64,000 bases of DNA from an uncultured delta proteobacterium (GTDB lineage: Bacteria; Myxococcota_A; Polyangia; Fen-1088). The position numbers and the translations under genes were made by a program. Positions 1-10,709 of this stretch are shown here, piece by piece. The stretch spans positions 448,001 to 512,000 of the forward strand of contig CAVYGB010000010.1 of assembly GCA_963767925.1 (NCBI GenBank). Direction: 5' to 3'. The notes beneath the pieces are model-generated. The model was not told the DNA's origin. It ran no database searches and was given only the letters and a program-made list of their open reading frames with translations. How positions within the stretch are numbered: position 1 is the first letter of the stretch; the number at the start of each line of letters is the position of its first letter.

Positions 1-32
1 GCCAGGATCAGCAGCAGCGAGAGTTTTTTCAT
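1..32 (-). CDS. 5' end of a secreted protein (MKKLSLLLILA...), continues off the window
   Basis: ATG at 32, 5 nt after the upstream stop; signal-peptide-like N-terminus. Confidence 0.6.
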   Translation of the reverse strand, partial: MKKLSLLLIL

Positions 33-37
33 GGAGA

Positions 38-1706
38 TCACCTTCGCAGGCCGTAGACCCGGAGGAACGCGGGCGAGGAGGCGTTCACGCGGGCGAAGCT
101 GGTGACGAAGACCTTGCCGTTGGCCACGATGGGCGGGCTCCACTTGGCGAAGTTGCCCAGGGTGTCGGCCGGGCTGGCGTTGCTGTCCCACAACCTCGCG
201 CCAGTGGTGGCGTCGACCGCGACGAGCAACCCGGTCGCGATGTTGCCCCAGGCGTCGCCCGCCGAGCTCATCGTGGCCCACAAGATCCCGCTGCCGGGCG
301 TGTTGCCGTTGGCCGAGAGGGTGAAGATGCCACCCGGGTGAGGGGTCTTCAGATCGTCGAGGCGGGCCACCGGGGTCTGCTCGACCCGATCGTTGGCGAC
401 GGCATAGACCCGCAGGCCGTGGTTCTCGGGCCACAGGTAGATGCGATCGTTCCAGTAGGCCATCGTGTGGATGTGGGCGGAGGTCGCGCCGGGGTCACCC
501 ACCGAGAAGCGCTGCAGGATCTTGTCCTCGCCGGGGTTGAAGCGGGTCATGTTCATCTGGTCGATGACGTAGAGGACGCCCTCCTTGCCCCCGGCAAAGA
601 CCAGGTTCGCGCTGGGGGGCAACATCACGGCGGCCAGGTCGGCGTCGACCCGGTTGAGCTCGTCGGCGTTGCTGGGCGTGAACCAGTCGCCCACCGTGTT
701 GTCCGGGTTCATCCGCACCACGCTGGCCCCCAGCGAGCGCCCGTCGGCGGTCCAGGTGCCGTTGCCGACGCTGATGAAGATGCCGTTGTCGTTGGCCGCC
801 GGGCCGGTGCCCGATTGCCAGATGGCGCCCATCGCGCCGTCGGGCGTGGTGTTGTAGACGCTCTTGCGGCGAAGGTTGGCCGGGTCGTAGGCCAGCAGCC
901 AGCCGTGGTACGGGTTGTCGTCGCAGTGGCTGCCCATGGCCACGTACAAGGTGTCCTTGTGCAACAGCAGGGCGGCGCGGTTGACGTGTTTCCAGCCGTC
1001 CATCGTGACCTCGCCGTTCTGGGTGCCGACGCCGGTCCCCGGCATGGAGGCCTCGACCGCGACCGGGCTGCCGGCCGCGTCGGCGCCGGTGCGGATGTCG
1101 AGGGCGTGCAGCTTGTTGATGTAAGGCTCGCCCACCCGCCCCTGCTTCGTGACGACATACAGGAGGCCGGTGGCCGCATCGATGACCGGGGTGCTGGTGA
1201 TGCCGACGAAGGGAAACATGTCCCGGCACCAGGTCTGCCCCTGCACGGTGTTGGGGTTGCGCCCGCCGATCTGCACCTCGCCGATCGGGGCGAGCCAGCG
1301 CGACCACAGCGGCATGCTGGCGGCCGGATCGTCGGCATCGAACGCGTAAAGGTGGTTGGTCGACGTCGCGACGAACACGACGTTTCGCTTGCGGCCGCCG
1401 ACCTCGAGATCGGAGACATAAAGCGGCTGGGCATAGGCGTTGCCGTCGATGGCCCGCGAGAACAGCAAGCCGAAGGCGCTGCCATTCACGTTCTCGGGGT
1501 TGAGCACGGTCTCGCGCGTGTTTGTGCCACCGCGGTGGTTGTCGTAGCGGTTGGTCAACACCTGGACGCCGGCGGACAGCGTCGCCCCCGGCGCCGGAAG
1601 CTATGCCCTCTGGTGGGGAGTCGTTCTTGCACGCGCACCAGAGGAGGGGGAGAAGGCCCAGGACCGTCAAGCGCGCCACAGGCCGGTGTCGATGAAGCTG
1701 TCCCAT
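38..1706 (-). CDS. PQQ-like beta-propeller lipoprotein, frameshifted near 1600
   Basis: VLTNRYDN..R.G.N..ET.L, GITSTPVID and P.VANGKV motifs; lipoprotein signal (LLPLLWCAC) from ATG 1706 is in a different frame; the propeller frame has TAG at 1601-1603. Confidence 0.75.
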
Positions 1707-1969
1707 GCATCGGAGGTGGCGTGAACCGGAAACCAGCCAGCAACGATCGGCGGTCAGGTGCTCGATCCTGACGAATTGTGCGTCAGGGTGGCCGACCACC
1801 CGGCGCCGTCAGGGCTGTTGCCGAGCGCCACGTGCTTGCCGGTCGCGTTGTAACGGCTCCCGGGAGCGCCCACAATCGAGCCCTTCTCCACGGCCTCCGA
1901 GCTCGGTGTCCTCTACGACCCGGCTGACCCGCGCGCCAGCACCGTCTACATCGATCGAGCGTCCCTCGG

Positions 1970-2370
1970 TCAGCCCTCGCCGCGGGGCTGGCCACCGGGG
2001 TGGGCGGTGCCGCGATGGAGGTGCGTGAGGAACCTCGGCCCGGGGGCGTAGTACTTCTCGAGGTCCACGAGCTGGAAGCCGGCGGCGGCGATCAGCGCCT
2101 CCATGTCCCGGTCGAGATGGCAGCCGCGCACAGACGACCCTGGAGGCCGTTCAGGCGACGCTGCCAGCGCTGCACGCGGGGGTCGGGTGACAGGCCGTGC
2201 TCGAGGAAGAGGAAGCGACCCTCGGGGCTCGATCCGAAGCCGACCTCGAGCACCCGCCCCCGCACCCCCGCGAGCGCCTGCGCCCGCTGCTCGCCCACCG
2301 GTCGGGCGCCCATGGCCAGGTCGATCACCCTGGGCAGCAACCAGTCGCGATAGAAGGCCGCCGCGCCGAC
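1970..2370 (-). pseudogene. Class I SAM methyltransferase relic with internal deletion and frameshift
   Basis: FYRDWLLPRVID...VLEVGFGS jumps directly to PEGRFLFLEHG; GCHLDRD C-terminus is in another frame. Confidence 0.75.
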
Positions 2371-2592
2371 AGTACCGCGAAACCCGGCGCGAGCCGGAAC
2401 GTGGCCGACCGCGAGGGAAGGAACCAGGCTCCGCCGGATGCGCTCGACCGGGGCGGAGCGCGCGCCCGGTGACGGGACGGCGCCCGGCCAGATATACACG
2501 ATAGTGCCCCACCGCGCGGGCCGCTCCTCCGTAGCCAGCCGGCGCGTTGTGACGTATTAAAGTCGTATGACGTCGGCAAACGAGGACGCCCC

Positions 2593-3012
2593 ATGACCAT
2601 CCGGTTCGCGCTCGTCGCGGCGGCTGCCATCCAGATCGCCGCCTGTGGAGACTCCCCCCCGACCCCGGAGCCGCTCCCCGCGCAGCCGCAGACGGTCGGC
2701 GACGCCGCCGCTCCGGAGGACGCCGGCGCCCCCCCCGACGCCGCCGCCGCCTCAGACGGGGAGTCCGGAACCGACGCCCGCGACTGCATGCCGACGGTCC
2801 ATCCCGGCACGGTCACCCTCTTGAACGAGACCACCGGCGAGGTCCGGACGCAGGCCGTGACCCCCGACAACGAGGACAGCTTCTGGGTCAACACCCCCCA
2901 GGGCCGCGTCCCCGTGGTCAAGCTGGTCTTCCGTCGCCTCCCCGGCCTGGCCGCCGAGATCACCTCTTACGGCCCCTGCGATCAGGTCCTCGAGGTCACG
3001 GTCGGCCACTGA
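2593..3012 (+). CDS. Hypothetical lipoprotein
   Basis: Lipobox IAAC, P/D/A linker, GC3-biased codons, GAGGA RBS. Confidence 0.75.
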   Translation: MTIRFALVAAAAIQIAACGDSPPTPEPLPAQPQTVGDAAAPEDAGAPPDAAAASDGESGTDARDCMPTVHPGTVTLLNETTGEVRTQAVTPDNEDSFWVNTPQGRVPVVKLVFRRLPGLAAEITSYGPCDQVLEVTVGH

Positions 3013-3525
3013 CGGCCTCTCCGCCAACGGCTCGCGGCCGGTGCCGACGTCGAGGGGACGACTACGCGACCCGAGGAAATCGGCGTGGCGGCGCGGACGC
3101 CGCGACCGCCAGCCAGACCCGGAAGGAACGCCGGTCGGTATTCATATCGGCCCCCTCGACGGTGGCACGAACTCTTTCAGGTTCCGGTGTCTGACCTTCG
3201 CCGCCGCCATCAGGTGGGAGAAGTCCGGGGCCTCCAGATTGAGCACCGAGGAGAGACCGTGTCAAAGTCTTATGTCGGGGCAGGGGCAGGGCAACGCCGG
3301 ATTCCTGAGTGCCGTGTCCGTCGTCGCGAGCGCAGCACATCGCGCGAACCGCACCTGGCGTCGATGGTGGCGGGCGGTTCGAACGACCCATCGGTACGCA
3401 CATGAGCGGCCAGAGTCTCGACGATTGGACCGACCCCAGGCGACCGCGAGCGGTGGGCGGACGATTTGTGCTTCTGCGCGCGCCGATCTGGCATGCGGGG
3501 CGGTGGGTCGGCCACTAAAGGTGGC

Positions 3526-5037
3526 ATGAAGCGAACGGACGGACGAAGAGCGGGCCTGGACGGGTCCCGGATCGTGGCCCTGATGGTCCTCGCGATGGGG
3601 GGCGCCTGCGGGGACAGCACCGAGATGCCGCCGGGCCCGGAGGTTGACGCGGCCGGTGGTGGGCGCGCCAGCAGGGTAGGCGCGGAGACCGGTGGCTCGT
3701 CCGGTTCGGGCGGGGGCGGCGGCGGCGGCGGCAGCGCCACCGGCGGCAGCGGCGGTGCAGGCGGCGGCAGCGCCACGAGAGGCAGCAGCGGCGGCGCGGA
3801 TGCGGGCGCGGCCACCCCCGGCGATGCGGGTGGCGGCGTCCGGGGCGATGGCCCGGTGGCCGCCGGTTACATGTTCGGCGCGCGTCCCCAGGCCTACCCG
3901 GCGGGCAGCATCCGGCCCACCGGCACGCAGGGCGAGCTCGACGCCGCGGTCAAGGCAGCCTACGACAGGTGGAAGGCCGCCTATGTCGTCGCCGCCTGCG
4001 ACGGCTACGTCGTCAAGGCCAGGACCGGCACCACCAACTCGTCGGCGCTGGGCAACGGCATGGTCATCACCGCGATGATGGCGGGCCACGATCCCCAGGC
4101 CAAGACGATCTTCGACGGCCTGTTCGCGGTGGGGCGGAAGTTTCCGAGCGGCCTGAGCATCCGCGTGCCCCCCAAACACGGCATCGGCGTTCGCCCCGGC
4201 AACGAGTTTCTCGTGAATTACGCCATCGGCGACAACTGCACGCGGGTCGGCGAGGGCGAGGGCACCTCGACCCCGTCCGGCGACCTCCCCTTCGCTTACG
4301 CCCTGGCCCTGGCGGACAAGCAGTGGGGCTCGGCCGGCGCGATCAACTACCTCGACCAGGCCAAGAAGACCGCCAACGCCATCAAGCTCTACGACATGAA
4401 CCCTCAGAAGGTGACCGGCCTCGGCGACTGGGCCTCGCTGCCCGGCGAGGGGATGTGGACCACGGTGGCCCGGCCGAACTACTTCGCGGTGGGCTACTTC
4501 CACGCCTTCGCCAAGGCGAGCGGGGACATGTACTGGATGCAGGCGATCGAGGCGGTCCAGACACGGATCGCCGACGTGCAGAGCCGACTCAGCCCCATGA
4601 CCGGTCTGCTCCCGCAGTACCTCGTCGGGGGCATGAACCCCCCGGGCGGCACCTTCCTGGGCGACGCCAACGCGCGCGACTACTTCGGCGGCGCCGGCCT
4701 GATCCCGCTCTGGCTGGCCTCCGACTACATCGGCAGCGGCGACGTGCGCTCGAAGGCCGCGCTCAGCAAGATCACCGAGTGGCTCAAGACCAAGACCGCC
4801 GGCGACGCCAGCAAGATCGTCGATGGCTACCGGCTCAACGGCGACGCCGTCGGCACCGCCGGCACCATGGCCTTCGTGGCCCCCTTCGCCGCCATCGCCA
4901 TCTTCGATGCCGCCAATCAAGCCTGGCTGGACAGCATCTGGAAGGTCATATCCACCGCCCCCACCACCAACCAGGTCGCCGACACCACCAACCTGCTCGG
5001 CATGCTGATCGTGACCGGCAACTGGTGGCAGCCCTAA
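3526..5037 (+). CDS. Glycoside hydrolase family 8-like lipoprotein with degenerate active site
   Basis: YDRWKAAY, GD..FAYALALADKQWGS.G.INY, TGLLP and C-terminal L..TGNWWQP typical of GH8; lipobox GGAC; Gly-rich linker. Confidence 0.85.
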   Translation: MKRTDGRRAGLDGSRIVALMVLAMGGACGDSTEMPPGPEVDAAGGGRASRVGAETGGSSGSGGGGGGGGSATGGSGGAGGGSATRGSSGGADAGAATPGDAGGGVRGDGPVAAGYMFGARPQAYPAGSIRPTGTQGELDAAVKAAYDRWKAAYVVAACDGYVVKARTGTTNSSALGNGMVITAMMAGHDPQAKTIFDGLFAVGRKFPSGLSIRVPPKHGIGVRPGNEFLVNYAIGDNCTRVGEGEGTSTPSGDLPFAYALALADKQWGSAGAINYLDQAKKTANAIKLYDMNPQKVTGLGDWASLPGEGMWTTVARPNYFAVGYFHAFAKASGDMYWMQAIEAVQTRIADVQSRLSPMTGLLPQYLVGGMNPPGGTFLGDANARDYFGGAGLIPLWLASDYIGSGDVRSKAALSKITEWLKTKTAGDASKIVDGYRLNGDAVGTAGTMAFVAPFAAIAIFDAANQAWLDSIWKVISTAPTTNQVADTTNLLGMLIVTGNWWQP

Positions 5038-5076
5038 GGCGAGCTGACTCCAGCGCAGACTCGACCGGCCGCCGGC

Positions 5077-5102
5077 CTCTCCCCCGCTGGCGTGGGGGAG
5101 AG
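5077..5102. repeat. GC-rich palindrome CTCTCCCCCGC-TGGC-GTGGGGGAGAG (REP-like or terminator hairpin)
   Basis: 11-bp stem with one G-T pair, 40 nt downstream of the GH8 stop; no U tract. Confidence 0.5.
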
Positions 5103-5222
5103 CGGACCGGCGCGACGCCGGCCCCGTGGCGTCCTCCCGTCTGGTGAACAGTCGGATGGCTGCCTGGGTTCGCCACGACCGGACGTTCCAAAAGAGTCCG
5201 CCGGCGTCCTCGGAAGAAGATA

Positions 5223-6089
5223 ATGCACCGTGGCGTCGGCCGCTTTTGCAGCCGGGACGGTCGGTGCGACTACGACCTGACCTGTCTGCCATCCGACATC
5301 GCTCCCGGAAAGATGGTGTGCCGCCCTCCCGGCTCCTCCGGTGGCGCGCCGGCACCCGGGTCCCCCGCGCCACCGGCCAGCGGGCCAAGCGTGGGCGGTC
5401 GTCGCGTCGGCGCCCGACTGACCGGGCTCTTCGCCCGCTGGCTGGACCCCACGACCTTTCGTTACATGTATTTCGACGCCGACGGACGGTTCTACTTCGG
5501 CATCCCGCCCTGGACGGACGGCTACGCCTTCGACGTCAGCGGGCGACAGCCCGGCGGACGCCACGAGATCGAGGGCGATCGTCTCAAGCTCATCCATTCC
5601 GACGGCTCCGAGACCTGGACCCTGGTCAACCGCAAGAACGGCTCGCCCATGTTCTAAAGCGGCCAGGTCAAGTGGTACGGGACACGGGAAAACGCGGTCA
5701 GCCGCCTCGACGGTCGTTTCCACCGGGAGCACGAGGTCAGCGTGGTCAACGAGCTCGGCGGCATCATCACCAGCTACACCCGCGACTACACCTTCTCGGC
5801 CAACAACCGCTTCAACCTGTCGATCAACAATAACGTCATCATCTTCTCCAGCCCGGACGGCGAATCACCCATCGAGACCGCCGCGGACGACGACGACGAA
5901 CCGCGAGGCCCCGGCACCTACGAGCTGAAGCGGACGTTCCTGGTCCTCAAATTCGACAGCGGCAAGACCAGCGAGATCGTCTTCGACTACTGCAACGTGT
6001 TCGGCGACTGCAGCGAGACCCCCAACTCCGCCAACCATTTGAACCTGGGCGGCCGGACGTATTCGGGCGGCGGCCGCGTCATCCCCTGA
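5223..6089 (+). pseudogene. Hypothetical Cys-rich exported protein interrupted by in-frame TAA (5655-5657)
   Basis: ORFs 5223-5657 and 5742-6089 are in the same frame with 28 open codons between them; coding-like codon bias is continuous. Confidence 0.65.
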
Positions 6090-6153
6090 CCGCGCCATCC
6101 TTGCCACCCGATCCTCCTGGCTTGCCGAGCGGCTCGAGAGGTAGGCTGGCGCC

Positions 6154-7329
6154 ATGGCTGGCTCAGGGGACGGATCATCGAGCCGCGATCAGCTCTCGCG
6201 ACGCGGGTTTCTGCGAGCGGGCGCGGCAGGTGTGGCAGCGATCGGGGTCGCTTGTGGCAGCGATGGCGCGCCGGACGAGGGCACGCCGGGCGCCGGGGGA
6301 AGGGCCGACGCAGGACCGCCCGCTGCAGCGGGCGACGCGGCGGTGGGTGGCGGGCCGACGCCGGGGAAATCGGCGGTGGCGATCGTCGGAGCGGCCGACG
6401 TCGAGCGGGCCGTGCGCCGCGCGATCGAGCTCGCCGGTGGCATCGACGCGATCAGCGCCGGGCAGACCGTGTTCATCAAGCCCAATGTCGTACACGGCAG
6501 CGTGGCCGGGATGCCGGGTGTGATCACGGGTTTCGAGGTGCTGGGCGCCCTGGTCCGCCTCGTGAAGGAGCGCGGCGCGCGCGTTATCGTCGGCGACCGT
6601 TCGGCCCGGCAAGTGGGGACGTCGGAGGCCGTGTTCCAGAGGTCCGGGCTGACGGCGGCGATGCTCGCCGCCGGCGCCGACGAGGTCTATCCGGCGCCCC
6701 GACCGATCGACGACCCGAGCGCCTGGGTCCTGGTGCAGCCGCCGCGCTACGAGGAGACCTGGTCGACCGCGGGCGGCATTCTCGCCATGCGCAAGATCGT
6801 CGAGGCGGACCATCTGATCGACGTCCCGGTCTGCAAGAACCACCGCTGGGCGGCCTTCTCCCTCTCGATGAAGAACTTCATCGGCGCGATCGGCGACGAT
6901 TCGCGCGACCTGCTGCACTTCCAGGTGGGCGATGCCAACCGCCTGAGCCGGGACATCGCCATCTTGAACCAGAGCTTCAAGCCGCTGATCTGCGTGCTCG
7001 ATGCCCTGACCGCGATCGTGAACGGCGGACCGGAAGGGGTGGGCTTCGACCGCGTCGCCACCACCCCCCGGCTGGTGATGGCGAGCCGCGATCGGGTCGC
7101 GCTCGACGTGGCCGGCATGTCGCTGATCAAGCACGAGCTGGCCCGCACCACCGTGCCGGCGCCCGACGCCATGCACGCCTACAACACCGCCACGAAGATC
7201 TGGAGCTCTCACCAGATCCGGCACGCCGTCGAGCGTGGCCTGGGAGCGGCCGGCCCTGACGACGTGGAGCTTCGCTTCGAATCGGTCGAGACCGCGGCCG
7301 CGCTCGAGGCGATCTACCGCGCGACCTGA
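6154..7329 (+). CDS. Tat-exported DUF362 domain lipoprotein
   Basis: SRRGFL Tat motif; V.IKPN, VPVCKNH, SLSMKNFIG and S.DRVALD motifs. Confidence 0.85.
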   Translation: MAGSGDGSSSRDQLSRRGFLRAGAAGVAAIGVACGSDGAPDEGTPGAGGRADAGPPAAAGDAAVGGGPTPGKSAVAIVGAADVERAVRRAIELAGGIDAISAGQTVFIKPNVVHGSVAGMPGVITGFEVLGALVRLVKERGARVIVGDRSARQVGTSEAVFQRSGLTAAMLAAGADEVYPAPRPIDDPSAWVLVQPPRYEETWSTAGGILAMRKIVEADHLIDVPVCKNHRWAAFSLSMKNFIGAIGDDSRDLLHFQVGDANRLSRDIAILNQSFKPLICVLDALTAIVNGGPEGVGFDRVATTPRLVMASRDRVALDVAGMSLIKHELARTTVPAPDAMHAYNTATKIWSSHQIRHAVERGLGAAGPDDVELRFESVETAAALEAIYRAT

Positions 7330-7694
7330 AGCACGCCCGGCGGTTCTCCCTCGACCAGCCGGTGGATGGCCGATCGGTTCGTCCACGACGGCCAGGCCCC
7401 CGCTGATCAGGAGTGCAGGCGCAGATCGCCGCTGCCGGTGCGGACCAGGCGCGACAGGGGTGGCGCCTCGAACAGGTCCACATCGCCCGAGCCGCGGATG
7501 GACACCTTGGCGGACTGGCGGTGCTGTCGATGCGGCTTTGTTCAATAGCCACGAACGCCGCGCCCAAATCGAACGGAAACACGCGGTGAAAACGATTGAG
7601 GTGTCGAGGCATATCTTTACCCACAAATCCCCTTCGTTGCCCTACACTCGTGGCTTCTGGAGCGATCAACCGGGGGGGCGTGATGTCATCTGGG

Positions 7695-9146
7695 ATGGCC
7701 GATCGAAGGCGCTGGCTGAAGCAGGGCTTGGCAGCCGGCGCAGCCGCGCTGGTTGCGCCCTGGCGTCCTCGCCGCGCGCAGGCTGACGATTCCCTTCCTC
7801 CCTCCGAGGCGGCGGAGCGGCAACCAAAGACGGCGGAGCGAGCCGCGGACAAGGATCCCTGGAGCCGGTTGCCAAAGATCCTGGAGCGCATCCGGCCGCC
7901 GGTCTTCCCGCCCGCTCGCTTCGACGTGACCCGGTTCGGTGCCAGCGGCACCAGCGGCACGGATGCTCGTCCCGCTTTCACCAGCGCCATCTCGGCCTGC
8001 CGATCTGCCGGTGGGGGGACGGTGGTGGTGCCGCCCGGGCGCTACCGCCTCGACGGTCCCCTCTACCTGCACAGCAACGTGAACCTTCACCTCATGCGCG
8101 AGGCCGTGCTCCGATTCAGCACCAATCCCGCCCACTATCTGCCCGAGGTGCTGGTGCGCTGGGAGGGCACCCGCTGCTTCAACTACTCCCCGCTCATCTA
8201 TTCCTATCAGGAGCGAAACATCGCCATCAGCGGCGCCGGGGTGATCGACGGTCAGGCCACCGACCAGCAGGGGGGCTGGATGAAGATGGTGCGGTCGGCG
8301 CCGGAGCGGACCAGGGAGACCCTGCGCAGCATGGGCCGGGGGGGCTTGCCGGTCGAAAAGCGGATCTTTGGATCGCTGTCCAACCTGCGCCCGCAGATGT
8401 TTCACCCCTATGCCTGCGCCAACGTCCTCGTCGAAGGGGTGACCTTCCGCCACAGCCCATTCTGGACGGTGAACCCCGCCTTCTGCACCAACGTCACCGT
8501 TCGTGACATCACCGTGGAGGGTAATCGCCCCACCCGGCTCAACAACGACGACAGCGTGGTGCCTGATTCCAGCCGATACGTCCTCATCGAAAATTCGTCC
8601 TTCGACAGCCTGTGCGACAACCTCGCCATCAAGGCCGGCCGGGACAACGATGCCTGGGACGGAATGGTTTGCGAGAACATCGTGGTCCGCAACTGCAACC
8701 TGCGCCGTTCCTGGGGTGCGGTGGTGGTGGGCAGCGAGGTAAGCGGCGGCGTGCGAAATGTGTTCATCGAGGACAACGTCATTGGCGAAGCCCGCTACGC
8801 GCTGTACATCAAATCCAACCCCTTCCGCGGCGGGTTCGTGGAAAATCTCTACTTCCGCAACAACCGCATCGGCCAGGTAGAGGACTGCATCCGCATCGAA
8901 GCGAACTTCGCCGACGTGGCCAAGCACCGCCACACGACTCCCTTTCGCAACTTCCACTTCGAACGGATAAGCTGCGCCGACGCCACCGGGGCTGGCATCA
9001 TCTCCGACGGGCTGGCGGCGCTGCCCATCTCCGAGGTCCACTTCCGCGACATCACGATCCAGAAGGCGCGCCAGCCGGTGATCATCAGCAACACCCGGCG
9101 GTACTCCTTCGACAACGTGACGGTCAGCAACCGGCGCGTCCGCTAG
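7695..9146 (+). CDS. Tat-exported GH28 (polygalacturonase-like) protein with altered catalytic motifs
   Basis: DRRRWLK; GGGTVVVPPG, L.SNVNLHL, RWEG, G.IDGQ, AIKAGRD, GSEVSGGVRNV and IKSN..RGG motifs. Confidence 0.9.
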   Translation: MADRRRWLKQGLAAGAAALVAPWRPRRAQADDSLPPSEAAERQPKTAERAADKDPWSRLPKILERIRPPVFPPARFDVTRFGASGTSGTDARPAFTSAISACRSAGGGTVVVPPGRYRLDGPLYLHSNVNLHLMREAVLRFSTNPAHYLPEVLVRWEGTRCFNYSPLIYSYQERNIAISGAGVIDGQATDQQGGWMKMVRSAPERTRETLRSMGRGGLPVEKRIFGSLSNLRPQMFHPYACANVLVEGVTFRHSPFWTVNPAFCTNVTVRDITVEGNRPTRLNNDDSVVPDSSRYVLIENSSFDSLCDNLAIKAGRDNDAWDGMVCENIVVRNCNLRRSWGAVVVGSEVSGGVRNVFIEDNVIGEARYALYIKSNPFRGGFVENLYFRNNRIGQVEDCIRIEANFADVAKHRHTTPFRNFHFERISCADATGAGIISDGLAALPISEVHFRDITIQKARQPVIISNTRRYSFDNVTVSNRRVR

Positions 9147-9380
9147 CAGAGTAGGGACGGCGTCCGGGAGGTTTCCCGCTCCGCCCGGAGGGGTGGTGCG
9201 GTGTGACGATCGGCCGCAAACCCGCGTCGAGAGCCTGTCAGCTATCATTAAGTGCTTGAAAGTACTTTCACGCCTGGAGTACAGGGTGATCGGCTTGGCC
9301 CTCTGAGGGGGGGACCGTCTCCGGACATCCCTCCACGGGCTCACGGAACGCCAGGACGTCCGAAGGAAGCGAACAACACG

Positions 9381-10379
9381 ATGGGAATCAAGGTCGCGAT
9401 CATGGGAGCCACCGGCGCGGTGGGCACCGAGTTGCTGGAGATCCTCGCGGAGCGGAAGTTTCCGGTGGACGAGCTGCGTCTGCTGGCCTCGGCTCGATCG
9501 GCGGGCAAGACCCTCACCTTCCGGGGTGAGGCGGTCAAGGTCCAGGAGCTGACCCATGATTCCTTCAAGGACGTCCAGCTCGTGCTCGCCTCGGCGGGCG
9601 GCAAGATCAGCAAGGAGTTCGCCCCCTCGGCGGTCAAGGCCGGCGCGGTGGTGGTCGACAACACCTCGTACTTCCGGATGACCGAGGGCGTCCCGCTGGT
9701 GGTGCCGGAGGTGAACCCCGAGGACATCGCCAAGCACAAGGGGATCATCGCCAACCCGAACTGCTCGACCATCATCATGAACGTCCCGGTGTGGCCGCTG
9801 CACAAGCGCTTCCGGGTCAAGCGCATCGTGGCCGCGACCTATCAGGCGGCCAGCGGCGCGGGCGCCGTGGCCATGGACGAGCTGGTGAAGGAGACCTCGG
9901 CGGTGATCCAGGGGCAGCCGTTCGAGCGCTCGGTGATCCCGCATCGGTACGCCTTCAACCTGTTCCCTCACAACTCGCCGATGACCGACTCGGGCTACTG
10001 CGAGGAAGAGGTGAAGATGCTGAAGGAGACCCGGAAGATCTTCCACGACGACAACCTGCGCATCACCGCCACGTGCGTGCGGGTGCCGGTGCTGCGCGCC
10101 CACTCCGAGGCGCTGAACATCGAGTTCGAGGAGGACCCCAGCGTCGAGGAGGTCTACTCGATCCTGCGGGCCGCCCCCGGGGTCGAAGTGCTGGAGGACC
10201 GACCGGCCAACCGCTGGGCCATGCCGCTCGACGCCTCGGGCAAGGACCCCGTCCTGGTCGGCCGCATCCGCCGGGACCAGTCCAACCCCCGCACCCTGGA
10301 TCTGTGGGTGGTCGGCGATCAGATCCGCAAGGGCGCGGCCTTGAACGCCGTGCAGATCGCCGAGAAGCTCTTCGCCTGA
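9381..10379 (+). CDS. asd: Aspartate-semialdehyde dehydrogenase
   Basis: GATGAVG, IIANPNCST, TCVRVPVLRAHSE, DQIRKGAALNAVQIAE. Confidence 0.97.
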   Translation: MGIKVAIMGATGAVGTELLEILAERKFPVDELRLLASARSAGKTLTFRGEAVKVQELTHDSFKDVQLVLASAGGKISKEFAPSAVKAGAVVVDNTSYFRMTEGVPLVVPEVNPEDIAKHKGIIANPNCSTIIMNVPVWPLHKRFRVKRIVAATYQAASGAGAVAMDELVKETSAVIQGQPFERSVIPHRYAFNLFPHNSPMTDSGYCEEEVKMLKETRKIFHDDNLRITATCVRVPVLRAHSEALNIEFEEDPSVEEVYSILRAAPGVEVLEDRPANRWAMPLDASGKDPVLVGRIRRDQSNPRTLDLWVVGDQIRKGAALNAVQIAEKLFA

Positions 10380-10453
10380 GGCTGTCCCACGTTCTCCTCC
10401 CCCTCAGGGGTACGCTCCGGATCCGTCCAGGAGGCGGGACTGGAGGAGCCGCT

Positions 10454-10689
10454 ATGCGCGCCCGTCCGGCCCCTGAAACTCTCCTTGCGCTGGGGCCCTG
10501 CGCAGGGCTCGTCGCGACCTGCGCCGCCAGGAGCCCCGCTCCGGAGGTCTGGCAGATAGCCAGGAAGAGGCGGCGCGCACCCCCCGCGGCGCCTGGGCCA
10601 GCGTGACCGTCCAGAACCGGACGCTGTCTGGCGAGTTGATCGCGGCGGACGACATGGCCGTCTACCTGCTCGAGCCTGACCTCCGGTAA
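10454..10689 (+). pseudogene. Possible relic of a small exported protein
   Basis: GGAGGAG RBS plus ATG and a hydrophobic leader, then a frame change to a short coding-like tail (LSGELIAADDMAVYLL). Confidence 0.3.
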
Positions 10690-10709
10690 AACCGCCCGGG
10701 GTGAACCCG

